Assembly (NCBI GenBank): GCA_951812855.1
Contig: OX638337.1
Span: 192,082-256,081, forward strand
From: an uncultured Lentisphaeria bacterium
Lineage (GTDB): Bacteria; Verrucomicrobiota; Lentisphaeria; JABSQK01; JAJFLO01
Direction of reading: 5' to 3'
DNA length: 64,000 nucleotides
Shown here: positions 19,170 through 30,060 of the stretch, one piece after another
Layout: every line of letters begins with the position of its first letter
How positions within the stretch are numbered: position 1 is the stretch's first letter
Position numbers and translations under genes: made by a program
The notes under the pieces: generated by a model
What the model was told of the DNA's origin: nothing
What the model saw: the letters and a program-made list of their open reading frames with translations, nothing else
The model's database searches: none

Positions 19170-20129
19170 ATGTATAATTCGATCTCAACTGCCTATCTTC
19201 AAAAAACTGAAGTCTTTTGTTTCAGAACACTTATACTTCTTGGACTTCTATTTCATAGTTTCATCATTTCAGCGAAAGAAGGAACATCGCACTCAAAATT
19301 AAATTTTGACAATGTAGAAATTAAGTCAACTCATCTTAATAATAATATCTATATGTTAACCGGAAGAGGTGGCAATATCGGCTTATGTGTCGGTGATGAC
19401 GGCGTGTTTATGATCGATGATGAGTTTGCTCCTCTATCGAATAAAGTTATAAAGGCAGTTCAATCTATAAGTAAAAAACCAATTCGTTTTTTGATTAATA
19501 CACATTGGCATGACGATCATACCGGAGGAAATGAAAATTTCAGTCATTTAGATACATTAATTATTGCCCATGACAATGTTAGAAAACGGTTAAAAAAAGG
19601 ACAATTCCTCAAAGTATTCAAGAAAACGATTCCCCCCTATCCTCAAGACGCATTGCCGGTGGTCACTTTTGATCAGAATATTACCTTTCATTTTAATAAC
19701 GAGGAAATAAAGGTATTTCATTTCCCTGATGCACATACCGACGGTGACAGCCTGGTTTTATTTAAAAAGGCAAATGTATTGCATACCGGTGACATCTTTT
19801 TTAACGGCATTTATCCGTTTATCGATAAGTCAAGCAACGGATCTGTCAGTGGCATTATTGCAGCAATTGATCACATCAAAACGATTATAAATGAATCAAC
19901 TAAAATTATTCCGGGGCACGGGCCTGAAGGAAATTTAAGTGATTTGATAGAATACCAGAATATGTTAAAAATTGTTCAATCTCGAATCTTCATTGCTATA
20001 AACAAGGGACAATCACTCGATGAGGTGGTTTCACAAAAACCGCTGCATGATTTAAATATCAAGTGGGGCGGCGGGTTTCTGAATGAAGAACATTTTACTG
20101 AGATTATTTATAACTTGTTAAATCAATAG
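19170..20129 (+). CDS. MBL-fold metallo-hydrolase, exported
   Basis: HWHDDHTGG (HxHxDH) motif. N-terminal signal peptide. Confidence 0.8.
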   Translation: MYNSISTAYLQKTEVFCFRTLILLGLLFHSFIISAKEGTSHSKLNFDNVEIKSTHLNNNIYMLTGRGGNIGLCVGDDGVFMIDDEFAPLSNKVIKAVQSISKKPIRFLINTHWHDDHTGGNENFSHLDTLIIAHDNVRKRLKKGQFLKVFKKTIPPYPQDALPVVTFDQNITFHFNNEEIKVFHFPDAHTDGDSLVLFKKANVLHTGDIFFNGIYPFIDKSSNGSVSGIIAAIDHIKTIINESTKIIPGHGPEGNLSDLIEYQNMLKIVQSRIFIAINKGQSLDEVVSQKPLHDLNIKWGGGFLNEEHFTEIIYNLLNQ

Positions 20130-20596
20130 AACGCTTTAATCACGGAGACAGCGGAACAAATTATAATCTGATTAATCACGCCATGGTTAAGTATTGAATG
20201 TCGTGTATTGATTTATCATCAATAGGGCAGGATTCAACAATATTCCAATCTTTAATGTTAGAATTTGTTGCAAACGCCTGTTCAGATTTTGCAGATAATA
20301 TATCATCTGCCTTGATAATCAGTTTCTGACTTTTTTTTTTTCGTACACGCCCACAAAGACATTAACTGTTTCATCTTCATTAATATGTAAACAGCGACTC
20401 TTTCTGCAAGAAAAAAATTTGCAGCAAAACCCTTCGCCTCACTCAAGCTTTCTGCTTTACAAGAAAATTTTTTAATGTTCCAAATTGTTTAAGTGTATAA
20501 TGTTCCATATCCAATTGCCTTGCTGAAAGTTATAACACAACCTCCTGTAATGCAGTAACAATAGACATTTACAGGAGATTCTATATATTAACTATT

Positions 20597-21337
20597 ATGA
20601 TTAAAAATAGTCTGAATATTATTCTGAACGTTCTGTTACTGTCAATTTTCTTTCATATTGGATTATCCTCGGTATTTAGTAAAACGAAAGCCAATAACAT
20701 AGTAACCACGAAATCAAAAATAAGAAAAACCACCTATAAACCACCATTGCGCGGAATGCCTGACAATCGTATTTTTGGCGGCTCCAGAGGCAATAACAGT
20801 AACGAAACGTTTCTCACAGTAATTGCACCAAATCACACTGGATACACAATAAATGGTTCACCTAAATTATATTGGTTCAGTGCTTCGACTATTGAAAAGC
20901 CACTGGAATTTTCCTTGATTAATCCTGATATTCCGAATCCGATGATTGAAATTATCGTTGATAAAGAGGTAAAAAAAGGAATTCACAGTATAAATTTGAG
21001 TCATTATAACATCAGGCTGCAACCAAACATTGAATATCAATGGTCAGTTTCTATTATTTTTGACCCTGCTGATCGTTCAAGAGATATTGTCTCAACCAGC
21101 CCTCTCCTGCGAATCGATAATATTATCTCTGCCCCTGTTCCGTCCGGAGAAAAACAAAATCTGAAATCAATTAAAGACTTTGCAGACAGGGGAATTTGGC
21201 ATGATATGTTTGATCAACTGTATACGTTATCAAAAAGCACATCGAGTTCAGATGATATTTCACAGCTACTTCAGGATACTCTTATGAATATTGATTTAGC
21301 ACCTGTCGCTAAATTCTTGAAATCATCAGTAAAATAG
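20597..21337 (+). CDS. Hypothetical exported protein
   Basis: Signal peptide. No confident family assignment. Confidence 0.5.
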   Translation: MIKNSLNIILNVLLLSIFFHIGLSSVFSKTKANNIVTTKSKIRKTTYKPPLRGMPDNRIFGGSRGNNSNETFLTVIAPNHTGYTINGSPKLYWFSASTIEKPLEFSLINPDIPNPMIEIIVDKEVKKGIHSINLSHYNIRLQPNIEYQWSVSIIFDPADRSRDIVSTSPLLRIDNIISAPVPSGEKQNLKSIKDFADRGIWHDMFDQLYTLSKSTSSSDDISQLLQDTLMNIDLAPVAKFLKSSVK

Positions 21338-21452
21338 AGCCAGTTTACAATTCAAATATAATGGGCAGGCACCTAATCTAATCCGGCTCTCCCAAAATAA
21401 AGAATACTGGATGAAAAACGATGTACAGATCAAATTTGCTGTCATTTGAAAG

Positions 21453-22925
21453 TTATACATTGTAACTTGAAGAAGCCGTTTCCCCGCCCTGCCCTGTCCA
21501 GTTGGTATGAAAAAATTCACCTCTTTCTTTATCGATTCGTTCATAGGTATGGGCGCCAAAATAGTCACGCTGTGCCTGTAACAGGTTGGCCGGTAAGCGG
21601 GCACAGCGATAGGCATCATAATAATTCAGTGCAGAAGTCATTGATGGTAACGGAATACCACAATCAATCGCCTGTTTTGCAATATATCGTAAATCATCTT
21701 GAGTATCGATCATTATTTTCGCAAAATAGGGATCCAATAATAAATTTGTCAGATCAGATTTACTATCAAATGCTTCCTTTATATTTTTTAAAAATCCCGC
21801 CCGGATAATACATCCTCCCCGCCATAACAATGCAATATCCCCATAATTAAGGTCCCAGTCAAACTCTTCCGCGGCAAATTTTAAAAGCTGAAACCCCTGA
21901 GCATAAGAACAAATTTTTGATGCATAAAGTGCGTTATGCAGTTTATTAATAAATTTATCGGATTGATCAGATATTTTCTGGTTTGAACCTGATAATACCG
22001 CTGATGCATACACTCTCTCAGATTTAAGTGCTGAGAGGCATCGAGTAAAAACAGCCTGCACAATTTGTGGTATCGGTACACCCAATTCCAATCCAGAAAT
22101 TCCAGTCCATTTTCCGGTTCCCTTCTGTCCGGCAACATCAAGTATTAAGTCTATTGTTGCTTCCCCGGTCTTCTCATCGGTATGGTCTAAAATTTCTGAT
22201 GTTATTTCTATCAAATACGAATTCAGGGGTCCAGAATTCCATGATTTAAAGATTTCGTGTATTTCTCCGGGTGAAAGATTCAATCCGGATTTCAGCAATT
22301 GATAGGCCTCACATATAAGCTGCATATCACTATATTCAATCCCGTTATGAACCATTTTCACATAATGTCCAGCCCCGTCATTACCAACCCATTCACAACA
22401 TGGAACATCACCATCCACTTTTGCAGCAATGGACTGCAAAACAGGTTTCACAACAGACCAGGCATCTTCATTGCCACCGGGCATTATCGATGGGCCGTTT
22501 AAGGCACCTTCTTCGCCTCCGGAAATACCGGTTCCTACGAATAGTATTCCCTTTTCATTGACGTATTTTGTCCGTCTAATTGTATCTAAGTAGTGACTGT
22601 TTCCGCCATCAATGAGAATGTCACCTTCATCCAGGCAAGGAAGAACCTGATCAATGAACTGATCAATTGGATTACCGGCTTTAACCATAATGATTAATTT
22701 TCGAGGTTTTGCGAGTACTGAACATAATTCTTCAACAGTTTTTGTTCCAATAAAATTTTTATTTATCCCCCGTGATTGTAAAAAGTTATCAACCTTTTGT
22801 GTCGTTCGGTTATAGACAGCAACGCAAAATCCATTTTTTTCGATATTTAATGCGAGATTTTCCCCCATAACAGCCAATCCAATCAGACCAATATCAGCAC
22901 GCTGGAAATTTTTATCTTCACCCAT
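21453..22925 (-). CDS. gnd: 6-phosphogluconate dehydrogenase, decarboxylating
   Basis: ADIGLIGLAVMGENLALN Rossmann N-terminus and conserved Gnd core. The start was trimmed from 23033 to the ATG at 22925 (MGEDKNFQRADIGLIG). Confidence 0.9.
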   Translation of the reverse strand: MGEDKNFQRADIGLIGLAVMGENLALNIEKNGFCVAVYNRTTQKVDNFLQSRGINKNFIGTKTVEELCSVLAKPRKLIIMVKAGNPIDQFIDQVLPCLDEGDILIDGGNSHYLDTIRRTKYVNEKGILFVGTGISGGEEGALNGPSIMPGGNEDAWSVVKPVLQSIAAKVDGDVPCCEWVGNDGAGHYVKMVHNGIEYSDMQLICEAYQLLKSGLNLSPGEIHEIFKSWNSGPLNSYLIEITSEILDHTDEKTGEATIDLILDVAGQKGTGKWTGISGLELGVPIPQIVQAVFTRCLSALKSERVYASAVLSGSNQKISDQSDKFINKLHNALYASKICSYAQGFQLLKFAAEEFDWDLNYGDIALLWRGGCIIRAGFLKNIKEAFDSKSDLTNLLLDPYFAKIMIDTQDDLRYIAKQAIDCGIPLPSMTSALNYYDAYRCARLPANLLQAQRDYFGAHTYERIDKERGEFFHTNWTGQGGETASSSYNV

Positions 22926-23465
22926 TTTATATTCCTTGTAATTGTCTTCTTCATCTGCTTCTTCCGGAGGATCAGGCTCGGCAATCACCACTTCAAGTAC
23001 GGTCTGAACCTCTTTTTCCTTTCTGTTTATCACTTAACGAAGCCTGTTTTTTTGATCGAGAACTCTTCGATGGAATGTCCACGGCCTGAATGCCTGTACT
23101 TTTCGTGACAATCTGTCTTAATCGCTTAATCACCGATAAACCATCGCGGCTCATTTTTAATACCGTTTTTTATGTTAAAGGAATTTATTATTTCATAATC
23201 GAATGTTATAATTGCTCACTCTATCCCGTAATATAATAGTAATGATTTAAGAATAATCTAATAAAATGAGATTGAATAAATTCCCGTCAGTCCGGGAATG
23301 TTCCTTCCAGTATAAAAGTCAAATTAAATATGAAGACAGATTTTGTATAAATAGACGTGTAGCTCTCCTTCAATAATCAGACAGACTTTTTAAAAATATT
23401 GAGTCTGATTAAACTGGCAGGATAACGATAAACCGACCCGACCCAGCAACAGTAAGAATACTATT

Positions 23466-24563
23466 TTGAAAAAAAAAGCAATACAACTTTTAACTGATTT
23501 AACCGAAGCACATGGATGTTCCGGATGTGAATACCCGGTTCGAAACATTGTTCGCAGGGAATTAACCTCAAACTTGACAACGGATAAAAACGGGTCTGTC
23601 ATTCAGACAATAAAAGGAACATCTTCAACACCTGCAGTAATGATAGAAGCCCATATGGATGAAGTCGGATTTATGGTTCAGCAGATAACCGAAAGTGGGT
23701 TCATAAAATTTATTCCGATTGGCGGATGGTCTCCGGGGACGCTTTTAGCACAACGTGTAAGAATTCTGGGAAGTAACCGCTGTGAAACATTAGGAGTAAT
23801 TGCAGCAACACCCCCTCATTTTCTAAAGAAAGAAGATCAAAATAAACTTACCACTATCGAGGAAATGTACATTGATATCGGTGCAAAAGATTATGATGAG
23901 GCAGTGTCTGACTGCGGGATTAAAATAGGAGATACTATTGTTCCGGAGAGTCGGATAACACCATTAAGAAATCCTGATTTGTTAATGAGTAAAGCATTCG
24001 ATAATCGAGTCGGTGTTTCACTGGCAATTCAAGCAGCACAATCAATAAAAAAAATGTCACACCCAAATTTGATTTCAGTGGCCGGTTGTGTCCAGGAAGA
24101 AGTGGGCACACGAGGCGTAAAAACCGCGTTGGAACTCATAAATCCTGATGTTGCAATCGTGTTGGAAGGTCCACCTGCTGATGATATGCCGGGAACTGAA
24201 AACGAGGGAAATCAGGGAGTGTTGGGAAAGGGACCTCAAATTCGATTAGTTGATTCTTCTGCGATTCTGAACCGTTCGTTTTCTAATTTTGTGATGAACA
24301 TAGCCGACCAAAAAAAGATTCCTTACCAGGTCGCTGTTCGGCGGAGCGGCGGCACAGACGCCAAAATAATTCAATGGCATGATCTTGGTATTCCCACAAT
24401 GGTACTCGGAGTTCCGGCACGATACATCCACACTCACAATAGCATAATCAATATTAATGATTACCTTGATACACTAAAATTATTAATTGAGGCAGTCAAA
24501 AAACTAAATAATTCTGCGGTCAAACAATTCACTGACTTTTCTGAAAAAGGCACAGTCCAATAG
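23466..24563 (+). CDS. M42 family metallopeptidase (glutamyl aminopeptidase / FrvX-like)
   Basis: LTEAHGCSGCEYPVR N-terminus and conserved metal ligands. 365 aa. Confidence 0.8.
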   Translation: MKKKAIQLLTDLTEAHGCSGCEYPVRNIVRRELTSNLTTDKNGSVIQTIKGTSSTPAVMIEAHMDEVGFMVQQITESGFIKFIPIGGWSPGTLLAQRVRILGSNRCETLGVIAATPPHFLKKEDQNKLTTIEEMYIDIGAKDYDEAVSDCGIKIGDTIVPESRITPLRNPDLLMSKAFDNRVGVSLAIQAAQSIKKMSHPNLISVAGCVQEEVGTRGVKTALELINPDVAIVLEGPPADDMPGTENEGNQGVLGKGPQIRLVDSSAILNRSFSNFVMNIADQKKIPYQVAVRRSGGTDAKIIQWHDLGIPTMVLGVPARYIHTHNSIININDYLDTLKLLIEAVKKLNNSAVKQFTDFSEKGTVQ

Positions 24564-24583
24564 AAGTTCACCAAGGGTTAATC

Positions 24584-26068
24584 ATGTTCGAAGTATATGA
24601 TATTATTTTGATGATATTTAAGATTGCGTTTATCATTTTCTTTTTTGGGTTCTGTATATTTATTCACGAATTCGGGCATTTAATTGTCGCAATGTGGCGT
24701 GGACTTCATATTGAAAAATTTTCAATCGGTTTTGGAAAACCAATCTTCAAATTCCGACGAAAAAACATCGATTATTTAATAAGCTGGTTCCCGTTTGGAG
24801 GTTATGTGGCATTACCTCAATTGGATCCTTCCGAAAACCCTCAAACAAGTAACGGAAAACCATTACCTTCCGTGAAACCGGCAGATCGGATTCTGACCGC
24901 AATTGCCGGACCATTATTTAATATACTCTTCGGGTTTTTCCTCGCTGTTTTTATATGGCAAATCGGTATAGAAGGCCCCGCACCATCCAAGACATTCACA
25001 GTCGGATACGTCCCGGAAACTTACCATGACAGTCGGGGGATAGAACAAACAGTGCCGGAGTTTAAAGCCGGAATAAAAGTCGGTGATGTCATTACAGCAG
25101 TAAACGGTCAATCTTTTGAAAAAGGTTGGCAGGAAGCAATGGAGATGATCATTTATTCTCCCCGGGGCATTGTCAGTCTAGACATTTTACGAGATGAGAA
25201 ACCTCTAAAAGTATCGTATAATTTAGTTCCAAACCCTGAGTACGAGGGGTTGGGGTATCCCTTTTTCGGCCCACTTTTACCGACCCGTACAGGGAATGTA
25301 TTAGACGATTCTCCGGCCATGAAGGCGGGATTAAAACAGGGTGATATATTATTGGAAATCAACGGTATTAAAGTTATAAATCCAGAACTTCTCGTGAAAA
25401 AAATTCAGGAAATGGGATCAAGGCCGCTTACCTTTCTGATTGGCAGAGATAATTCCACAATGACAATTTCAGGAGTTAAAGCCGCGTTGCAATCATCAGA
25501 GGGTAAAAAACGGTATCTTATCGGAATTCAAATTGAATCTGCACCGTCCGAACGCGTTTTGTACCATCCAACCCCCTGGGCACAATTCACGGATGTTATT
25601 AATCGTACCTATAAAACATTTAGAGGATTATTTGACAAAAAGAATCCGATAAAAGCAAAACACATGAGTGGTCCGGTGGGAATTTTTCATATCCTTTACA
25701 TAATTGTTAAAAATGCCGGATTTGTTGCAGCACTAAATTTAATTATTTTAATTAGTTTCAGTTTAGCGATAATGAATCTTTTCCCACTTCCGATTTTAGA
25801 TGGCGGTCATATTTTACAGGGAATATTAGAAGGTTTACTCAGACAGCGAATCCCGTATAAATTGAATTTGTGTTTTTCATACACATTTATGATAATCCTG
25901 TTTTGTTTCATGATGTATGTTACCTATCATGATGCACGTCGTGTCGGAAAACATATAAATCCAAAGACCCCATCTCAAAAAAATGAAACGATTAACAGCC
26001 AAAAACAACCCGTTACTAATTTAGAAGAAACCGAAAATTCCGGGGAAAAATCAAGAAATCAAAATTAG
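24584..26068 (+). CDS. rseP: RIP metalloprotease RseP (site-2 protease, M50) with PDZ domains
   Basis: HEFGHLIVA HExxH in the first transmembrane region. Two PDZ-like segments. C-terminal LDGG motif. Confidence 0.85.
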   Translation: MFEVYDIILMIFKIAFIIFFFGFCIFIHEFGHLIVAMWRGLHIEKFSIGFGKPIFKFRRKNIDYLISWFPFGGYVALPQLDPSENPQTSNGKPLPSVKPADRILTAIAGPLFNILFGFFLAVFIWQIGIEGPAPSKTFTVGYVPETYHDSRGIEQTVPEFKAGIKVGDVITAVNGQSFEKGWQEAMEMIIYSPRGIVSLDILRDEKPLKVSYNLVPNPEYEGLGYPFFGPLLPTRTGNVLDDSPAMKAGLKQGDILLEINGIKVINPELLVKKIQEMGSRPLTFLIGRDNSTMTISGVKAALQSSEGKKRYLIGIQIESAPSERVLYHPTPWAQFTDVINRTYKTFRGLFDKKNPIKAKHMSGPVGIFHILYIIVKNAGFVAALNLIILISFSLAIMNLFPLPILDGGHILQGILEGLLRQRIPYKLNLCFSYTFMIILFCFMMYVTYHDARRVGKHINPKTPSQKNETINSQKQPVTNLEETENSGEKSRNQN

Positions 26069-26187
26069 ACTGTATGCTTAGAAATCAGAAAAAATTTATT
26101 CCTGAAGAGGTAATTGCATCGTTATTGAAACGTGAAAACAAAAGCGAACAGTATATTATTGACAGTAAGGTTGCCCAGCGAGGGGCA

Positions 26188-26318
26188 ATGCAATTTTTTT
26201 CTGTAATTTGATAATCACGGGTCACTAATCATCCATTTTCAGGTCCCGTTTTCCAGCGTCCCGTTGGTCACTGATTTCAATCAAAATAACACTTGCCAAT
26301 CTGAGCAGTGATGCCTCG
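26188..26318. repeat. 131-bp repeat, copy 2
   Basis: See copy 1. Preceded by a hairpin TTGCCCagcgagGGGCAA. Its far end abuts the IS256 remnant. Confidence 0.8.
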
Positions 26319-26344
26319 TTTGGTAAAAGTGATGCGACGTGTGT

Positions 26345-26870
26345 TCGTTGCTTTAATTGTTTATTTATGTTTTCTGACATATTAGTGATACGTCATCGTC
26401 TATGGTGATGTCCGGGCAACTGATATACAGAAAAGCCGTGGCATTGTACTGAAGGTGAACCTGGCAGCGTTGCCGGGGACTCAGGGGAAGCATGTTTTTA
26501 ATGCGGATTTAAGTCCTTCATGGTCATCAGTCGTTATCATTCTGATCCCTGATAAACCCCGTTTTTTCAATGATCGGAGAAAATCTCGCCAATGGACTTC
26601 TGCTTCATTAAAGAGATACGCTAACGCCAGGAATGGAACGTTTTCCTTGCGTATTTACTCCGGCAGTAATAAGGACATCACACGATTGTAGAGCTCCGTC
26701 CTGACGAATTTTTTCGCAGCGTGCATCAAGGATTAAATAGGCGGTTTATGAAAGAGTTCTGCAGCACCACTTCTCTAATTCATCATCAAGCATGGCTGTA
26801 GCACACCTTTAATCTGCTGATATGTCAGGTAAGACGTTGGACCAAAAAATAATTTATAAGCCACAGACAA
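26345..26870 (-). mobile_element. Degraded IS256-family (mutator-type) transposase gene: internal fragment with at least 3 frameshifts, truncated at both ends
   Basis: Minus-strand translations in three frames give LDDELEKW, KKFVRTELYNRVMS, VLITAGVNTQGKRSIPGVSVSL, WRDFLRSLKKRGLSGIRMITTDDHEGLKSALKTCFP and QRCQVHLQYNATAF. These are collinear with the conserved IS256 transposase core. The plus-strand track ORF 26455..26691 here is spurious. Confidence 0.65.
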
Positions 26871-27017
26871 AGTAAAACAAAGATAGGAATGAGTATTCTA
26901 TTTTCAAATATCGCTGATAAATCAGTTGTTTCCATAGTGAATAAGGATAGGAGAATCTTTTTTATTGAAGGATTAAAAAAAGATGATTCGATTAAAATCA
27001 GTTGAAGAATCTATCGA

Positions 27018-27473
27018 TTATCGGGTAACATATTGAAGAATTTTCAACGCCTGTTCGACATCAAAACATACTGCTGATGCACTGGAATCTATTTCCTTCA
27101 AGGCATGGGAAATCTTTGAATCGTTCGGATGAATGATGATCAATGACTTTCCATTTGCTAACGCAAAGCCAGCGTCAAAGGCAGCATTCCACTGCCGAAA
27201 TTTGTCTCCAAACTTAACAATAACAATATCAGATTGTTTTATGAGTGTCCGTATTCTAATCGCATTAATATTGGCAGAATGATGATCATTCCAAAATGCA
27301 GAATCCTGATTTCCAAGTATGCACTCCCCGACGTCGTCACTCATCTCATGATCGGTAATTGGTTCAAACACAGAAACAGGCAATTTCAAATGATCGATAC
27401 CATTCGTAATTTCCTGTCGCCAGTTACTGTGGATTTCACCTGATAGATATACGTTTAGATTTAATTTCCTCAT
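27018..27473 (-). CDS. YtoQ family protein (nucleoside 2-deoxyribosyltransferase-like fold)
   Basis: VYLSGEIHSNWRQEI N-terminus, typical of YtoQ. 151 aa. Confidence 0.7.
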   Translation of the reverse strand: MRKLNLNVYLSGEIHSNWRQEITNGIDHLKLPVSVFEPITDHEMSDDVGECILGNQDSAFWNDHHSANINAIRIRTLIKQSDIVIVKFGDKFRQWNAAFDAGFALANGKSLIIIHPNDSKISHALKEIDSSASAVCFDVEQALKILQYVTR

Positions 27474-27509
27474 TGTAGATAATAATGTTAATTAATAGAA
27501 AACCACCAA

Positions 27510-27720
27510 TTAAGTTGGCTTGAACCTTAATTTAATAACTGCCAATATTTGAAATAAATCGTCCAACGCCCCGATAATCAATGATATTCCCGTGCCGAAT
27601 ACTAATCCTTTCTGTTCATGAGAGAAATAGTTCAAACCAGGCATGGGGATAAGAAATCCCGCAAAAATTGCGATGCCTCCCATACGAGGTACAGGTGTTG
27701 CATGAATTTTTTGATGATTG
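27510..27720 (-). pseudogene. N-terminal fragment of a glycosyltransferase family 4 (MraY/WecA-like) gene
   Basis: HQKIHATPVPRMGGIAIFAGFLIP...GALDD resembles the first cytoplasmic loop of WecA/MraY. The first TM helix and all downstream sequence are missing. The track ORF starts inside tRNA-Ala. Confidence 0.45.
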
Positions 27721-27794
27721 GTGGAGCATGTCGGACTTGAACCGACGCCCCCCACACTGCCAGTGTGGTGCTCTGGCCAACTGAGCTAATGCCC
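27721..27794 (-). tRNA. tRNA-Ala (anticodon GGC)
   Basis: The reverse complement reads GGGGCATTAGCTCAGTTGGCCAGAGCACCACACTGGCAGTGTGGGGGGCGTCGGTTCAAGTCCGACATGCTCCA. The G3:U70 alanine identity pair is present. Confidence 0.9.
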
Positions 27795-28157
27795 CAAACT
27801 GCCGACGCTAACGATATTAGGTTGATTAAGGAAATTCAAGTATAATTTCTCGTGTAATTTCCTTTTTAATGACAATTACTCCAGGTATGCTGAACGAATC
27901 TGGCTTTTCGATTTGCAATAATGATTATTCAGAATCAGTTAATAGATCTTTATTGAGCCGACAATAACGATTTTATATTGCTCAGTTTATAGCAAAAAGT
28001 TAAATTGATTCTTGTTAATATACGTGTTATCTGCAATTCAGAAAATATTCCATCCTGCTAAACACATTAACATTATGACAGGATATAACAGGGATCGTAA
28101 ATATCGATATATATTACGTGAAAAAATAAGTTACTTTAATTCAGAGGATTTAATTAA

Positions 28158-29960
<1,803 letters not shown>

Positions 29961-30060
29961 GAACCAGAGGAAGTTGGTGTGCCACACTATTTTTACGGCT
30001 GTCATTTATAATCCATTTCTTAACGTTTAACGAATAAATAATCCGTTTTATAAAACGAAT

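Noticed and set aside
26455-26691. 78-aa plus-strand ORF
   Set aside because: The coding signal at this locus is on the opposite strand (IS256 transposase remnant). The plus-strand frame is an artefact.
27830-28157. TPP (THI-box) riboswitch upstream of thiC
   Set aside because: Expected by synteny, but I could not find the conserved CUGAGA … ACCUGAUCUGGAUAAUGCCAGCGUAGGGA elements by eye on either strand. An Rfam scan is needed before calling or excluding it.
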